In this document: positions 62,503 to 64,000 of the stretch, one piece after another
How the letters are laid out: every line of letters begins with the position of its first letter
Position numbering within the stretch: position 1 is the first letter of the stretch
Source: Lingula anatina
Taxonomy: Eukaryota > Animalia > Brachiopoda
Direction: 5' to 3'
Assembly (NCBI GenBank): GCA_051362555.1
Contig: CM120649.1
Coordinates: 8,990,001-9,054,000, forward strand
Length of the DNA: 64,000 nt
Notes under the pieces: generated by a model
Database searches by the model: none
Told to the model about the DNA's origin: nothing
Seen by the model: only the letters and a program-made list of their open reading frames with translations
Made by a program: the position numbers and the translations under genes

Positions 62503-64000
62503 TCATTCCTTATTATGGTGCTTTTTCTCATGGGCTTTGCGGCTGACATTGTGGTTAAATGCCTCATCACAAAAGCTGCACTTGTATGGTTTCTCCCCTG
62601 TGTGCACTCTCTCATGACAAGAACGACCTATTGCCTGTATAAAAGTTTTGTCACAGTACCTGCACTGGTAAGGTTTCTCACCTGTATGCACTCTCTCATG
62701 ATTTATAAGATGATTTTTTACGTGGAACATTTTACTACAAAACTGACATTGGAATTCTTTAGCACCTAAATGTTTCTTTTCATGCAGATTTCTAGCATTT
62801 GCATTGAAAAACCTTCTATCACAAAATTGACAAGCAAATCGTTCTTTTTTTTTAGGCTTGCTATGCTCTTTCTCATGTCTAGAACAATATTGGGCAGTTT
62901 TAAAAGTTTTGGAGCAATACTGACATAAATAATTTTTCTTGGACGTGTGAAGCATTTCATGGTTTGAGCACCTATGCTTATTGGCAAAGCCCTTACTACA
63001 ATACTGGCATTTATATGGTCCATCTCTTCTGACACTGTGAACTCTTTTGTGACCAATCAAACTTTTCTTGCTTGAAAATAACTGATTACAAATATGACAT
63101 TGAAAGTCTTTTACTTTAACAGTCTGATGACTTGAACAGCCTTTATCATCATCATAATCGTTATTATCATCACCATCATCATCTGATAGCAAACTTGCAT
63201 CACTGGGAACATAAGAATCATCATCCTGATCACCACCGTCATCATCCTCATCAGAAGAAAGCATCTCCTCATCCCATGAAAAGGACTGAGGGGCGTTTGT
63301 GACAACGTCTTCACTGTCATCCACATTCAGTGTAACTCCATACTCTTTCAGCAAAGCATCTTGAAAACTGGTGTCAATTTCTACATTATATTTATCATTA
63401 ACAAACATCTGGTGATCTATGTTAATTTTTTCCACCTTCACAATGGCTTCTTTCAGTTTCCATGGACCTCCAGTAGGAACAACAGCTTTCACCTTGGGTT
63501 TAGTGTGTTTACACTGCAAACCCTTCTGTCTTTTTTTTGGTTTAATGCTGGTTTGAAGCAATTCCTGCTCTCCCCTGCTACTGCTAGTGAGTAAAACTGC
63601 ATCCCCTTTGACACCATCCTGTGAAGTTATATGTGTGGTTGCACTACATTTAGCACTGGAACTGGCTGGCACTGCTTCCTGATGTCTTCTAGTGGGTAAA
63701 GTTGTATTCTCTGAGCCATCATCCTGTGAAGTTATCTGTGTGGTTGCACTACATTTAGCTTTGGAACTGGCTGGCACTGCTTCCTGATGTCTTCTAGTGG
63801 GTAAAGTTGTATTCTCTTTGCCACCATCCTGTGAAGTTATCTGTGTGGTTGCACTACATTTAGCATTGGAACTGGCTGGCACTGCTTCCTGATGTCTTCT
63901 AGTGGGTAAAGTTGTATTCTCTTTGCCACCATCCTGTGAAGTTATCTGTGTGGTTGCACTACATTTAGCACTGGAACTGGCTGGCACCAATGTCTCCTGC
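62503..64000 (-). CDS. C2H2 zinc-finger protein (7 fingers), 3' portion, 5'-partial
   Basis: The ORF of ~498 codons is open to the window edge. It has seven CxxC-x12-HxxxH fingers (CHIC, CQYC, CQYC, CQFC, CQFC, CRYC, CSFC) and two canonical TGEKPY linkers. Upstream lie an acidic D/E tract and a Ser/Thr-rich repeat region. The stop TGA is at 62503-62505. Confidence 0.95.
   Translation of the reverse strand, partial: QETLVPASSSAKCSATTQITSQDGGKENTTLPTRRHQEAVPASSNAKCSATTQITSQDGGKENTTLPTRRHQEAVPASSKAKCSATTQITSQDDGSENTTLPTRRHQEAVPASSSAKCSATTHITSQDGVKGDAVLLTSSSRGEQELLQTSIKPKKRQKGLQCKHTKPKVKAVVPTGGPWKLKEAIVKVEKINIDHQMFVNDKYNVEIDTSFQDALLKEYGVTLNVDDSEDVVTNAPQSFSWDEEMLSSDEDDDGGDQDDDSYVPSDASLLSDDDGDDNNDYDDDKGCSSHQTVKVKDFQCHICNQLFSSKKSLIGHKRVHSVRRDGPYKCQYCSKGFANKHRCSNHEMLHTSKKNYLCQYCSKTFKTAQYCSRHEKEHSKPKKKERFACQFCDRRFFNANARNLHEKKHLGAKEFQCQFCSKMFHVKNHLINHERVHTGEKPYQCRYCDKTFIQAIGRSCHERVHTGEKPYKCSFCDEAFNHNVSRKAHEKKHHNKE
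63613..63990 (-). repeat. In-frame 105-bp coding tandem repeat (35 aa, ~3.6 copies)
   Basis: actggctggcac at 63661, 63766, 63871 and 63976; the unit is AVPASSxAKCSATTQITSQDGGKENTTLPTRRHQE. Confidence 0.95.

Noticed and set aside
62421-63594. ORFs overlapping the zinc-finger CDS in other frames or on the other strand
   Set aside because: They are shadow frames of the genuine coding sequence.

Overview
AT-rich eukaryotic (metazoan, probably invertebrate) genomic DNA that is mostly repetitive and non-coding. (1) At 1.7-2.3 kb are two disabled LDL-receptor class A (LDLa) exons on the + strand, i.e. a relic of an LRP/LDLR-family gene. (2) From about 2.7 to 39.1 kb is a complex tandem array. It has three variants of a ~193-196 bp satellite monomer interleaved with 23 near-identical copies of a splice-site-flanked ~198 bp exon-like cassette carrying in-frame stops. 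It also has higher-order repeats (585 bp, 3056 bp) and older diverged copies at both edges. (3) There are several non-autonomous Helentron-like (HINE/DINE-1 architecture) elements of at least three families. Three insertions lie in the array and have paralogous empty sites. (4) From 39 to 62 kb is mostly intergenic DNA with foldback/MITE-like remnants, microsatellites and a tRNA-Trp-like SINE head. (5) The only convincing intact coding sequence is the 3' part of a minus-strand gene with seven C2H2 zinc fingers at 62.5-64 kb, open at the window edge. Almost all other ORF-track entries are shadows of repeats. No new biological system can be demonstrated from sequence alone. The best candidate for something undescribed is the exon-cassette/satellite array and its apparent link to Helentron-type elements.
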